A stretch of DNA of 64,000 nt from positions 21,091-85,090 of the IMG/VR virus record IMGVR_UViG_3300032174_000002, one strand, 5' to 3'. The notes beneath the pieces were generated by a model, which saw only the letters and a program-made list of their open reading frames with translations, did not search any database and had not been told where the DNA came from. Positions 18,022 through 28,575 of this stretch are shown one piece after another (position 1 is the first letter of the stretch; each line of letters opens with the position of its first letter). This DNA comes from a virus. Both the position numbers and the translations under genes were made by a program.

Positions 18022-18242
18022 CGGCCCGCAGCCCCCGCATCCGCCGAGCGGAGGGGCTCGACGAGATCTGGCGGGGGTGGGGCACTTCGGCTGCGTAGGC
18101 TGGCGTCAAACTCGATGGCGTGGCGCGTGTGGATAGCGATGCAGCGCCGTAAGTAAGACTGGAATGGGACCGCCTCGAGCGCCGCAGCCTTCCGCGCGTC
18201 TGACAGGAGGTCATCGTCCAGGATAAGGGTGAACCTCGGCAT
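18018..18242 (-). CDS. Ribbon-helix-helix-like regulator
   Basis: RFTLILDDDLL...AAALE.VPFQSYLR. Confidence 0.5.
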   Translation of the reverse strand: MPRFTLILDDDLLSDARKAAALEAVPFQSYLRRCIAIHTRHAIEFDASLRSRSAPPPPDLVEPLRSADAGAAGR

Positions 18243-18725
18243 GGCGTGATCTCCGCAGAAAGTAGGAAGGAGATAGTACGGCTGGCGGCGCGCCGGCGTC
18301 AAGTTCTAGGCCGAACCTCCGCCGCGGCCTCCTCGAGCCGCCGCGTCCGCTTCCCGCACCAGCAGACCACGGCTCCTGGCGGGAAGGCGTGGCCATCGGC
18401 GCACCTGGCGTCGACCATGGCCACACTGAAGGGCTCCCGCTTCGACGGCCGGAGGGTAGCCAAGAGATCGTCCACCGCGGCTCGCAGCGTAGGGCTGCCG
18501 CTGGCGATCGACGCCAGGGACGGCCTGATGGGCGCGGAAGGGGAAGATCGGGCGTCCTGTGGCATCCTGCGGGCTGGCGGCTCCCGAGCCACCGCCTCGA
18601 GGAGCGGCCCGAACTCGCCGGCGCCATCGAGCAGCATCGCGAGGATCTCCGGCCCGGTCATCGAGTCGAGGGTGCCGCGGCCCTGGGCGGCCATGGCGGC
18701 GCCGAGCCAGCGCTGGACCTGGGCT

Positions 18726-19493
18726 TCAGCTTCGGTCATCGGGAACCTCCTTCGGCCGACGTCGCCGGCGTCGAATCGAGTCCGCCAGGCGATGCCGGAC
18801 CGGCGGCCTGGTCAAGCCGTCCTCCCGCAACCAGGTGCACACGGTCGGCAGCGACACGCCCACCGCGGCGACGATCTCCCGGAGCTTCTTGCCGGCGATC
18901 CGGAGCTGCATCACCTGGATGCGTCTCTCCCGCCTTGCCCGCGCCTCCGGCGTGTCGGCCTCCCACTGCGCCCGGCGGGTCGCCTCCGCGGCATCGCAGC
19001 GGTCCTCGGCCTCGAGGTGCCGCTTGACCGCGTTGCGGCTGATGTCGAGCTCTCGGGCGATGCGGTGGACGCTCCACCGGCGCTCACGGGCGAGCTCGCG
19101 CGCCACGGGGCCGATCGCCTCGTAGTCGCGGCCGTTGCGGCGGCCGTTCTGGATCACGTCGGCCTGGCTCTTGGTGCGGAGCACGCCGGCGCGGCGCAGG
19201 TAGTCGAAGACGGTCTGCTGCGACGGGGCCGGATCGACGCCGGCGGCGCGGAGTCTCGCGACCACCCCGCGACAGGACAGCCGCTCCTCGACGTAGAGGC
19301 GCCGGGCCTCGAGCATGGTCCGGGCCGTGAAGCAGTTCTGGTCGGCGATCCGGCTATTCCGTTTCAGGACGCCGTAGGCCCATCCAGGGCTGACGCCGGC
19401 GGCGCGCGCGGCCGCGGTGTGGCTGCTGGTCCGGGCGTAGTTGGCGAGCACTCTGGCGCGGTGCCAGGCGCCGTAGATCGGGCGGCGGCTCAA
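18726..19493 (-). CDS. Multi-HTH DNA-binding protein
   Basis: Several HTH-like segments (SVHRIARELDISRNAV; LREIVAAVGVSLPTV); TTG start inferred. Confidence 0.6.
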   Translation of the reverse strand: MSRRPIYGAWHRARVLANYARTSSHTAAARAAGVSPGWAYGVLKRNSRIADQNCFTARTMLEARRLYVEERLSCRGVVARLRAAGVDPAPSQQTVFDYLRRAGVLRTKSQADVIQNGRRNGRDYEAIGPVARELARERRWSVHRIARELDISRNAVKRHLEAEDRCDAAEATRRAQWEADTPEARARRERRIQVMQLRIAGKKLREIVAAVGVSLPTVCTWLREDGLTRPPVRHRLADSIRRRRRRPKEVPDDRS

Positions 19494-20172
19494 TCTTGCT
19501 CCTTCGCTGACATGCGCCTGTAGTAGCCGCGGTTCACCGGATCGATCAGCGCGGCCAGCATCCCAAACTGGTCGTGCTTGTAGCGCACCCACGGCTGGCC
19601 GGGCTCGCTGGCCTCCTGCAACTCGAAGCCCAATACGGCGCCGGTTCGGACAAGCCGCCAGATCGTGCTTTCCTCTGTGCAGCCCCAGCGCGCCGCCACT
19701 CCTGGGTCGTCCCTGTGCGGCATCACCTCACCTCGAGGTTGAGGCAGCGGCAGGCCGGATCGCCGCACACGCCGCCGGTGTAGTTGATGCTGTGCGCCGG
19801 ACCGTGGGCATCGCGGCGGTGACCGCAGCGGCAGACCTGGCGGTCGGTCCGCTCCTGCTCGTCACGGCGCAGGTCCTGCCAGGCTTCGAGGAGGAGCTTG
19901 CGGGCTTGCTGCACCTTTGGGTGGGCCAGGTAGGTGGCGTCACTGACCATCGGCGCTCCCTCCTGGCGCTCGGCGGCCGAGAGCGGCTGCGCAGGCCCGG
20001 CACTTGAAGCTCTCCTGGACCGCCTTGTACATCGGCGGCGAGAGGTTCGACGACTCCCAGCCGCGGCAGAGCGAGACGCGGAAGCCGTCGCGGTCCACGC
20101 CGACCGGGAGGAAGTGCGCCTTGCGGGCGCCGCGCGGCCACCACCAGCCCTCGGAGAAGGCGTCGGGCTCCT

Positions 20173-20973
20173 TCACTCGCCCTCCTCTCCGTGGACGGCC
20201 AGGGTTGGCGTGCGGGTGGTCTCGTCCCAGCCGCGCTCAAAGGTGGTCCCGCGGGCGCCGGCGAGGGGGAGCGCCGCCTGCCGCGTCTCCTCGATCACCC
20301 GCTGGCGCACGCCGTTGACGAAGTCGGGATCTCGATCGAAGCCAATGAAGAGCCGATCGCAGCGGATAGCCGCGATCGCCGTTGATCCTCCACCCATGAA
20401 GGGATCGAGCACGAGACCGCCGCGCGGCGACACGAGCCGCACGGCACGCTCCATCAGGTCGACAGGCTTCTCGGCTGGATGGTCTGTCAGCGTCGACGCG
20501 TTCCCTCCACCCCAGGCGCAGCGCCACAGATCCGGCTCGGAGGCGCTCGCCGCCTGGAAGTCGTTGAGTTGAAGAACCGTGAAGGTTTCGTAGCTCCTGC
20601 TTAAGACACCGCCGAGTCCCATGCGCTCCTTGTCCCAGACGCCGATCGCTGGCGCGCGTCGGATGCCGAGCTTCGCCGCAGCCTGGTCGAGTTCGAGGCA
20701 GCCGCGCCAGTCGAGCGTCATCCAAACCGCCCCATCAGGCCGGAGGACGCGCAGCCACTCCCGCAGATGCTCGCGCAGCCACGCCGCGAAGAACTGCGTC
20801 TCCTTGATCGAGCGCACGGTGCGGGAATTGGCGATCGACGACTCGCCGGCGATGGCGTAGGGCGGATCGGTCACAACCGCATGGACGGAGCCGGGCGACA
20901 ACTCGGAAACAAGCTCGAGCGCCTCACCCAGGAACAACTGGACGCCGGGCTGCTCGTGGTAGAGCCGCGCCAT
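20173..20973 (-). CDS. DNA N6-adenine/N4-cytosine methyltransferase (beta class), orphan
   Basis: TDPPY, HPAEKP, VLDPFMGGGST. Confidence 0.9.
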   Translation of the reverse strand: MARLYHEQPGVQLFLGEALELVSELSPGSVHAVVTDPPYAIAGESSIANSRTVRSIKETQFFAAWLREHLREWLRVLRPDGAVWMTLDWRGCLELDQAAAKLGIRRAPAIGVWDKERMGLGGVLSRSYETFTVLQLNDFQAASASEPDLWRCAWGGGNASTLTDHPAEKPVDLMERAVRLVSPRGGLVLDPFMGGGSTAIAAIRCDRLFIGFDRDPDFVNGVRQRVIEETRQAALPLAGARGTTFERGWDETTRTPTLAVHGEEGE

Positions 20974-21713
20974 CAGAACAAAGTCCCCGACCGCCGCGCC
21001 GCCGGCTTCACCACCTTCGGAGCCGCCCAGCCAGGTCGCCCCGTCGCCGGCGCCAGCCCCAGCTCGATCAGTGCCGCCAGGCCGATAAACGCCGCGTCGG
21101 AGGCGTCGTAGCCAGGGAAGCTGTGCACGGCCCCCCAGCGAGCCCGAGCCGCGGCCAGCACCTCCTCCTTGCCGGTTCCCGATCCGCCGCCCTTCCCGAG
21201 CGCGGCCATCTTCACGGAGGCGATCGGCTGGGACTTGACCTCCAGTTGGTTCTCGGCGCACCAGGCGAGCAGGATGCCCTCGGCGGCGCCGTAGGCATGC
21301 GCCGCTGCGATATTGGTCGGCCGCGGCTTGTGGATGGTCGCTGCGACACCGGCGATGTCGTCGAGGACCGCCTCGATCGCGGCTCGGTCACCGGGCGGCA
21401 GCGTCCGGGAGCGCTTGTATCCTTCACGGGCCAACCGCAGGATGCGCTCCGCCGCGGTGGTCGGCTCGTCAGCTGCGGGGCTCATGTGCGCTCGGACTTC
21501 CTCGTAGGCGCAGAGGTCAGGGCGCCCAGATGCCAGCGCCTCGTCGAGCTTCTGGCGGAGCCTGATCCAGCGGACGCCCGGCGATTCCTTCCGGTTCCGG
21601 TCCGCGATCGACCACGTTCCAACGCCGGTAAGGTCGGCGCCGCCGCCCGGGCGAGCCAAGAGTCTGGCCCAGCCGACGAAGGAGCCGCCGAGATCCAACG
21701 CCAGGATCTTCAT
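20973..21713 (-). CDS. RuvC-like Holliday junction resolvase
   Basis: ILALDLG, AYEEV, VK...GKG...KEEV, DASDA. Confidence 0.8.
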   Translation of the reverse strand: MKILALDLGGSFVGWARLLARPGGGADLTGVGTWSIADRNRKESPGVRWIRLRQKLDEALASGRPDLCAYEEVRAHMSPAADEPTTAAERILRLAREGYKRSRTLPPGDRAAIEAVLDDIAGVAATIHKPRPTNIAAAHAYGAAEGILLAWCAENQLEVKSQPIASVKMAALGKGGGSGTGKEEVLAAARARWGAVHSFPGYDASDAAFIGLAALIELGLAPATGRPGWAAPKVVKPAARRSGTLF

Positions 21714-21931
21714 CCGCTGCCCTCCGCCACCAGCCGGTTCACCGCCTCGATCGCCGCCCGCTTGGCTGCCTCGTGCTCTGCCTTCGCTACCTGGTTCGTC
21801 GGCTCCCGCTGCCGCCGACCCCAGGTCCGGTAGACCTCGCGCTGCAAGGGCTTGGGGACGAGGCGCCAGTGCTTGCCGCAGAGCAAGAGGTGGGACGGGA
21901 CGACGGCCGAGCAGCCCGAAACATCGCACAT
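21710..21931 (-). CDS. Small zinc-binding phage protein
   Basis: C..GC.......LC..HW..VP..LQ. Confidence 0.6.
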   Translation of the reverse strand: MCDVSGCSAVVPSHLLLCGKHWRLVPKPLQREVYRTWGRRQREPTNQVAKAEHEAAKRAAIEAVNRLVAEGSG

Positions 21932-22798
21932 CAGGTGGACCTCACCTGATCGAATTCCACGACCTCATCCAGCGACTCCGCGGCCGAAGTTATCAGGTTC
22001 GATGGATCATTGCAGTTGCTCAAGACGACTACGCGCGCGCCATCGCCCGCGGTGCCAGGCACGTCCGAGATCAGCGCCCAGGCCCGGCCGGCGAAGTGAG
22101 CGTTGAGCAGGAGGAAGAGTTGCCTGTCGCCGGGCGAGATGCTCACCGCTTCCGCCTCCTGCCCGGATGAGCAGGACCACGGCGGCCCTTGCTCGGCCGC
22201 GGTCCTGCGTCGTTGTGGACCTTCGGGTGCGCGATCGCCGGAAAGGCCGGCGCAGGCTGTTCCCCGATCGGTCGCGGGATGGGCGGCCAGCGGGCACGAT
22301 CCATCGCAGCGGGCGGCTGCTCGCCTACCGGAAGGGCACGCCGCCGCTGGCGGATCGGGCGCCCGTACTTGCGAGGAGGACCGGAGATCACTACCAGCTT
22401 TCCTCAAGCGCCTCGAACTCATCGCGCGGCATCTCGTAGCAGCGGATCGTCACCGCAGGCCCAGGAGTTGTGGCCGCCTCGTTACTCCCGTCCCACGCAA
22501 GCTCGGCCGCCTCAGTTGCCGCGCGGCCGGCAGCCTCGGCGGAATCGACGACGAGGTAATCGTAATCGCGGTTCGGGTGCGGCGCCACCTCCCAGACGCG
22601 GACACTATCCGCCATCGCTCGGTCCCTTCTCGCGCCCACCGTTCAGCAGCTCGGTGAGTAGGGTAGCGTTCAGGTCGCTGGCTGCCGCCTGGCCTGCGCG
22701 CCGGGCCTCCGGGGAGCTATCCAGCGATTCCAGGATGGTGATCGCCGCCTTGACGCGGCCGGCGTCGTGGAGGATGGCGTGGGTGGGCTTGCCGGCCA

Positions 22799-23239
22799 TC
22801 ACCATTCCGCCTCGGTAGAATACTTGTAATCGTCGCCGTCGTCGTCACCGATCGCATTCGGCAACCCATACTTGATCGCCACCGCCTTGAACAGCGGCAG
22901 CCCGTACTGCGCGTAGCTGTCGAAGTCCCGCAGTTCGGCGTCGTCGAGAACCCACATCCACATCTTCACCGTCTCGTACATGAGCGAGGCCGAGATGCCG
23001 CGACGGTTCAGCGCCTTCTCGAAGCCGAAGGCCAGATCCTCGGCGAGTTGCGCGACGACCGCCTCCTGCGTCCATGGCTTCGGCGGCTTCGGCTCGGCGC
23101 CGTCCTTCAGCTTGAAGCCGAGCGCCTCCCAATCGGCGACAGGGAAGAAGTCGCACAGCCGCGCGTAGTCGCGGCCATCGAGAGTCTGGCTCTCCTTGCC
23201 GCCCTTGATCGCTTCCAGCACCTGTGCCTGCGTCAGCAT
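22799..23239 (-). CDS. Conserved phage hypothetical protein
   Basis: LDGRD..RL, FGFEKALNRRGISASLM, YGLPLFKA. Confidence 0.65.
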   Translation of the reverse strand: MLTQAQVLEAIKGGKESQTLDGRDYARLCDFFPVADWEALGFKLKDGAEPKPPKPWTQEAVVAQLAEDLAFGFEKALNRRGISASLMYETVKMWMWVLDDAELRDFDSYAQYGLPLFKAVAIKYGLPNAIGDDDGDDYKYSTEAEW

Positions 23240-23250
23240 CGGGCCTCCGC

Positions 23251-23967
23251 TCAGCAGAACCGCGAGATCCCCGTCACGCCGGGAATCGGAGCCGGCGTGC
23301 TGTTCATAACCTCCTTCATGGCCTTGGCCTGCGCGTTCAGGGCAGGCATGGCGGGGAGGAGGTACTGCGACCGCTGCGCCGGGTTCTCGGCCACCCACTT
23401 GATCAGGGCCGGAAAGTCGGTCACCTCGGCGCTCCACGTCTTGCGCACGTTGACGCCCATCGGCGCCGGCGGCCTCGCTGCGGTCACCACCGGGGCGGCC
23501 GGCAGGATGGTCAGCGCGGCCTCGGCGGCTGCGGGTCGGCCGGCATCCTGGTAGCGTTGGGCGCGTTCGAGCGCCTCCTCCTCGACCACTCGCTGCGCGG
23601 CGGCGCGGGCCAGTCGCGCCTCGTCCTCGATCCGGCGCCGCTCCGTCTCCCGCCAGGCGCCGAGCTTCGCCTTGAGCGTCCGGCGTGCCCGCTCGAAGGC
23701 TCCGGCCAGGCGGTCTCGCAGCGCCACGTTTGCCTTCCAGGCCCGGTGGCTGGCCTCGCAGGCAGGCTCGACTAGGGCCAGGGCTTGCTTCTCGTGGTCG
23801 GCCCACTCCCGTTCCAGGGTGCAGGCTTGCTCGTGGTCCTCGGCTGTCAGAATCTCGATCTCCTTCGCGCGCTGCTCGACGGCGGAGCCTTCCGTCTCCA
23901 CCTTCGCCAGGGCCTGCGGATCGATTCTGGGTGCGGGTTCTTCGACTAGGACTGCCGGTGCATTCAT
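23251..23967 (-). CDS. Coiled-coil phage protein in recombination module
   Basis: Helical repeats then RKTWSAEVTD; GGAG RBS. Confidence 0.65.
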   Translation of the reverse strand: MNAPAVLVEEPAPRIDPQALAKVETEGSAVEQRAKEIEILTAEDHEQACTLEREWADHEKQALALVEPACEASHRAWKANVALRDRLAGAFERARRTLKAKLGAWRETERRRIEDEARLARAAAQRVVEEEALERAQRYQDAGRPAAAEAALTILPAAPVVTAARPPAPMGVNVRKTWSAEVTDFPALIKWVAENPAQRSQYLLPAMPALNAQAKAMKEVMNSTPAPIPGVTGISRFC

Positions 23968-23980
23968 GGCTGATCTCCGG

Positions 23981-24733
23981 TTATGCGCGTTCCAGATAGG
24001 CGTTGCTTACGACCTTCAGGCACACTCGGCCGACTTCCGGCGCGGCCCGTTCCGTCATCGGCTTGACCACGATGCCCTCGCGGAGATGATTCGCGCCCGG
24101 AACCTTCGAGGGTCCCTCGGCCAACGCCAGGATGGCTTCCAGATCAAATGGCGCGCCGCTGGCGATCGTAGGCACCCACGGGAGCGCTGGCGCGAGGTCG
24201 CGGGCCTCCTGCGCGTTGATCCATTCGCTGCCGCTCAGCAGATCGAAGACGGCGATGCAAGCCTCGCCCGGCTTGGAGCCGTACTTGAGATCCTGGACCT
24301 GGCCGTAGACCTCGCAATAAACCGCGATCTCGGGATGATCGATGAGGAACCGCTTGACCTCGGCGCCGCCGGCCGTGGTGACCAGCGCCTTCCACCAGAG
24401 ATTGCCCTCGTTGTAGCGCTTCCATTCAGTGCGGCTGCCGGCGTGGAAGTTCTCGCCGTCGAAGACGTACCGGCCATTGGCGCCGTGAATCTTCTCGGTC
24501 ACATAGACCAGCTCGCCAGGCTCGAAGACGGCAGCGTAGCGGCGCAGGCTCTCCACGTCGAATTCGGGGACGATCGAATCGGGCGGAATGTAGGCGCCGA
24601 TCGCCCGGCCCGACCAGTCCTCGGTGCGGACGCAGCAAGTGTAGCCGCTGAACACCTTGACCACGCTCAGCGTGTCAGCGTTGGGGTGGGGCAGCAACTC
24701 GATCGGCACCACTTCGACCCGGTGATCGCTCAT
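23981..24733 (-). CDS. ATP-dependent RNA ligase (Rnl2/DRB0094-like)
   Basis: PHPNADTL N-terminus, motif I TEKIHGAN, EVYG, FD, REGIVVKP, LKVVS..YL. Confidence 0.88.
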   Translation of the reverse strand: MSDHRVEVVPIELLPHPNADTLSVVKVFSGYTCCVRTEDWSGRAIGAYIPPDSIVPEFDVESLRRYAAVFEPGELVYVTEKIHGANGRYVFDGENFHAGSRTEWKRYNEGNLWWKALVTTAGGAEVKRFLIDHPEIAVYCEVYGQVQDLKYGSKPGEACIAVFDLLSGSEWINAQEARDLAPALPWVPTIASGAPFDLEAILALAEGPSKVPGANHLREGIVVKPMTERAAPEVGRVCLKVVSNAYLERA

Positions 24734-25380
24734 CCCTTGCCTCCGTTATTGTAACTATTTGCGGCCCGCCAGTTCCACACCGCCGCGGCCCCCCGGAAGA
24801 TGTTCAGCGCCGCCCCGTCCTCGTCCTCGACCAGGTGATGCCGCGGCATCTCGCCGTTCCCGCCCAGCGGTACCAGGAAGCATGGACAGTGCATCAACTC
24901 GACCGGGTCGACGTCGAGGTCGCCAGCCCTGGCCGCCTCGATCAGCAGCCCCCGGTAGCCGCCGGCAACTTGCAGGCGGTGCCCGGGCTCGACGCCATCT
25001 CCTTTCCAGTCCACGATGGCCAGCAGGTGCTGGAAGAACCGGCCGGCGTAGTCGGGCATGCCGGCGTATTGCCACGTCTCGCTGGCGAGCGGCGTCTCCC
25101 AGAGGATCGGGCGGAGCTTGGCGGCTTCCTTCAAGCGCAGGAACTTCTCATAGCGCGGGAGGACGTGCTCGGCGCCGGCGAAGTCCCAGTCGATCTCGAG
25201 GCCCGAGAAATCGAGGTCCACGACCTTGTGCGTGGCCGTCCCGCGTTGACGGTAGAACGGGTCGAGGAAAGAGAGATCCTTCAGCATCCCCATGCCGGTG
25301 AGGATCTGCGTCACGCTCGGCAGCACTCGGCCGGCGAGGGTGTACTGATGCAGATCCTCGTTGAAGTCGGGGGCGGTCAT
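24730..25380 (-). CDS. PD-(D/E)xK exonuclease
   Basis: PSVTQIL, RGTATH, YAG.PD, IVDWK, Q...Y. Confidence 0.75.
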   Translation of the reverse strand: MTAPDFNEDLHQYTLAGRVLPSVTQILTGMGMLKDLSFLDPFYRQRGTATHKVVDLDFSGLEIDWDFAGAEHVLPRYEKFLRLKEAAKLRPILWETPLASETWQYAGMPDYAGRFFQHLLAIVDWKGDGVEPGHRLQVAGGYRGLLIEAARAGDLDVDPVELMHCPCFLVPLGGNGEMPRHHLVEDEDGAALNIFRGAAAVWNWRAANSYNNGGKG

Positions 25381-25809
25381 GGTCGCGCCGGCGGTTCCTT
25401 CCGACCGAAGAGTTCGGCCACGACCCACAGCAACAGGATCGCCAGGGCCGCGAGGTGGCCGAGGGCGGCGTTCACCGCCTCGACCCCCGCGCCTCGCGCA
25501 GCCGCTCCTGGTCGCCGAGCAGCTTCTCCTCGGCCGACGGCGAGAGGCGCACGCAGCCGTTCTCGACCGTGACCCAGCCGTGGTCCTCCATGATCGCGAT
25601 CACCTGCAACTCGCAGCAGTGGAACTGCCGCAGGCCGATCGAGCGCGTGGCCGGCCGGCTGACCGTAGCGTTGGCGAGCAGCAAGACGATGCCGGCGAAG
25701 ATGTAGCGGTACTCGTCGCCGAAGGATGTCCCCTTCCAAGTGGTGGCGATCTCCTCCCACCGGCGCTCGGCAAGAACCTTGTGGCCGGGGATGCCGTAGA
25801 CGCGATCGC

Positions 25810-26190
25810 TCATCGCCAATCCTCCTTGAACGCGGCGAGGCCGCCCAGCAGCTCGATCACCGCGGCGAGCTGCTCGCGCACCCAGGCCTCAACCAGCGCC
25901 TTCACCTCGGCCGTTGTCAGCGCCTCGAACTTGGCATCGCGCCAGACCAGGTGCTCGCCGCCGGCGAGACGAAGGAGGATGGAGGCATGGGCGCTCGGCG
26001 TTGGGCCATAAGGCCACGAGCCGACCTTGCCGGTCCTGCTGTCGAACGTCATCGCCCCGCCACCCTCTGGTCCCGGCCAGTACCGGGTGCTGATGCTCAG
26101 GAGCGGCCCGTCATAGTCCTTCTTGCCCTGGCAATCGTCGGTCCAACTGGCGGCCGGCCGCAACTCGGTGATCGCACTCTCGCCGCTCAT
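25810..26190 (-). CDS. Hypothetical protein
   Basis: GGAGG RBS; globular composition. Confidence 0.55.
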   Translation of the reverse strand: MSGESAITELRPAASWTDDCQGKKDYDGPLLSISTRYWPGPEGGGAMTFDSRTGKVGSWPYGPTPSAHASILLRLAGGEHLVWRDAKFEALTTAEVKALVEAWVREQLAAVIELLGGLAAFKEDWR

Positions 26191-26567
26191 CAGATGACCT
26201 CCTGGACCGGAGCCGGAGCCGGAGGCAGCAACGGCGGGATGGTGAAGGGGTCCGACATCTCTAGCGCGACGTTCATGAAGCCGATGAAGCAGGGAACGCA
26301 TCCAGCGGAAGGCGCGCGGGTGGCCGCAGGCGCGGCAGGTGATCGGCGGCGTCCACCGCTCGATCCCGGCCGCGATGCGCCGCGCCTCGAACGAGGTGCC
26401 GATGCCGGTCATGATGGCGTCGGAACAGCGCTGCGAGCAGACGCAGGGCTCGATCGGCTCGCCGCGGCAGCCGCAGTCCACGCCGCTGCAACAGAGGATC
26501 GGCTCGAAGTCCGGTACGGGGCGCCCGCAGCACTCGCAGGAAGCGATCGGGCGATGGGCGGGAGGCG

Positions 26568-26867
26568 TCACGAGTTGCACCACCTGATGAACGACGCGTG
26601 TAGCCAGTAGATGCCCTCGCACAGCTTGAAGAGGAGCGCGAGGAAGGTGACCACGCCGAGAGCGATCATCATGGTCCAGCGGGGCATGTAGAGCGCCATC
26701 CACCAGCCCATGTCCGGCTCGGCCCCGGAAAGCTTCATGATGACGCCCAGGCCCTCGGTGCCGATGAATACAACGGCGGCGAGCGCGCAGAGCACCACCT
26801 TGGCTGCGACGCTGATCGCTCGCCCGGCACCGAGGTAGAGCGACAGGAGGAATCGCTTGACTGTCAC
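26568..26867 (-). CDS. Membrane protein
   Basis: Two hydrophobic helices. Confidence 0.55.
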   Translation of the reverse strand: MTVKRFLLSLYLGAGRAISVAAKVVLCALAAVVFIGTEGLGVIMKLSGAEPDMGWWMALYMPRWTMMIALGVVTFLALLFKLCEGIYWLHASFIRWCNS

Positions 26868-27132
26868 GGCTCCTCCTGGTTCGGCCCGAAGTGCATCGTC
26901 TCGCACTCGCCGCACAGCCACGCCCGGCCGCGGAGAAGCTCGGCCCGGCTGGCGTCTCTCCCGAGCCGCTCGGCAAGCGCGTAGTCCGCGGCCGATCCCT
27001 GGTAGATCAGCGGCTCGCCCAGGGCGGCAGCCTTCACGCCATGCTCGAAGGCGGCGCGCGTCCGCTGGTGGAGTAGGGTTCCGTCCTCCTGGCGGAAGGG
27101 CAGATCCTTCGCCGTGAAGTGGTCGGCCGCCA

Positions 27133-27414
27133 TCAATCCGCCTCCCAGTTCTCACGTTCGTAGAGCGATTCGGCCGTCTCGCCGGCTACGACCTCGCCGG
27201 CCACGCCCGGCACTGCAGGAATTTCCCTCGCCCGGATGACCGGCTCGTCGCTCATGAGCACGACAGACTCCGGTTCCTCGGTGCCGTCGTAGTCCGCGCC
27301 CCACTCGACGGCGATCGCCGCGCGCCAGGCGAGCACGGCCTCCGCGAACGAAGGCGCCTCGACGTAGCGCTCCTGGCCATCGAACAGCACCAGGTAGAGC
27401 TTGGCCGCGCTCAC
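27133..27414 (-). CDS. Hypothetical protein
   Basis: GTGA overlap with SSAP-like gene. Confidence 0.5.
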   Translation of the reverse strand: MSAAKLYLVLFDGQERYVEAPSFAEAVLAWRAAIAVEWGADYDGTEEPESVVLMSDEPVIRAREIPAVPGVAGEVVAGETAESLYERENWEAD

Positions 27415-28436
27415 GGCGTCGGCCTCGCCGTGGCGAACAGCCCGCAGATCAGCTCGTAAGGAGGCCCGGCCGCGATCTCCTCCAGCGTCTTCCCGCAGCC
27501 GGCCTGCACCTCGGCGCGGATCTCGGCGGCGCTGTAGCCAGACTGCATGCCGATGGCGATCAGGCGCTTGACTTGGCGCTCGGAGATGACGCCGGAGCTG
27601 TGCCACTTCGCGCGCGCCGGCTCCCACCGCTCGACCGGGATGAGACGGTCGGCCGGCAGTTCGTCGTCGCTGCCCGGCTCGCGGGCCGCCGCCGAGGGCG
27701 CGCCGTTCGCCGTGGCGGGTCCTGCCGGGGGGCTGGCTGCTGCGGCCGGCGCCGCCGCCTTCCCGTTGGCCGCCGCCGGCGTCCCCACAGTCCGCGGCGC
27801 CGCACCGTCGGTCCCGTCCAGCCCCTCCGGCAGGTCCTCGATGTCCTGGTCGAAGATGTCCGAGGCGGCCGTGCTCGACTTCGCGCAGTCCACCCGCCCC
27901 CGCTTCGTCGCCATCTTGAGGACGGTGTTCGCGATGTCGGCGGGCTCGACCCGCACCTGGTCGATCTGCCAGGGACCGCGCTCCCCCTTCATCCACTTCC
28001 GCCGCCGGCGGTCGGCCGGCGTCTCGTTCCACTCCTGCTGGCAGACCGCCTTCCGCCAGCGATACTTCTCCTCGTCGGAGGAGCACTCGCCGACGCCCTC
28101 GCCGACGATCAGCCCGGAGGCGATCGCCCGCGCCCGGACGTGGACCCGATAGTGGACCCGCTCCGGCAGGGCGCTCAGATCCTCGATGGTGATCTCCGGC
28201 GCGAGCTGGAAGGTGACCATGAGCTGCTCGGCGCCTGGCTGCCAGAGCGAGGGCTTGAGGCTGCCAACGATCTTGCCGTAGTGGGTCCCCTCCTGCATCA
28301 CTTCGCGCATCACCTGCTGGACGAGGCGAGTGCGGGCTACGACCTCCGCGACGGTCAGGCGCTGCTCGCCGCTGTGCCGGAGCGGGACGAGGGCGCCGGT
28401 GGGCTGGGGCTGCTCTTCGACGGTGGTAGTGGTCAT
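27411..28436 (-). CDS. Putative single-strand annealing/recombination protein
   Basis: HYG, KPSL..PGAE, NTVLKMA.KR..VD, SDIF.QDIED; same unit as exonuclease. Confidence 0.6.
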   Translation of the reverse strand: MTTTTVEEQPQPTGALVPLRHSGEQRLTVAEVVARTRLVQQVMREVMQEGTHYGKIVGSLKPSLWQPGAEQLMVTFQLAPEITIEDLSALPERVHYRVHVRARAIASGLIVGEGVGECSSDEEKYRWRKAVCQQEWNETPADRRRRKWMKGERGPWQIDQVRVEPADIANTVLKMATKRGRVDCAKSSTAASDIFDQDIEDLPEGLDGTDGAAPRTVGTPAAANGKAAAPAAAASPPAGPATANGAPSAAAREPGSDDELPADRLIPVERWEPARAKWHSSGVISERQVKRLIAIGMQSGYSAAEIRAEVQAGCGKTLEEIAAGPPYELICGLFATARPTP

Positions 28437-28484
28437 GGCTGGGTCCTTTCGAGGCGCCCACGCACCGGCCAGCGCCCAGCCGCA

Positions 28485-28513
28485 AGAATAGAGCGGACCG
28501 TGCGCTCTGTCAA
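28485..28513 (-). promoter_or_regulatory. Leftward sigma70 promoter
   Basis: TTGACA-17-TATTCT. Confidence 0.75.
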
Positions 28514-28539
28514 GCGATGCGACTCTCCGTTGCCTTGAC

Positions 28540-28568
28540 TTGACAACGCGGACGAACTTCCCTACCAT
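28540..28568 (+). promoter_or_regulatory. Rightward sigma70 promoter, leaderless
   Basis: TTGACA-17-TACCAT, ATG 7 nt downstream. Confidence 0.75.
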
Positions 28569-28575
28569 CCCGGGC

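Noticed and set aside
24730-25380. Cas4
   Set aside because: Lacks the four-Cys Fe-S motif; generic phage exonuclease beside recombination genes
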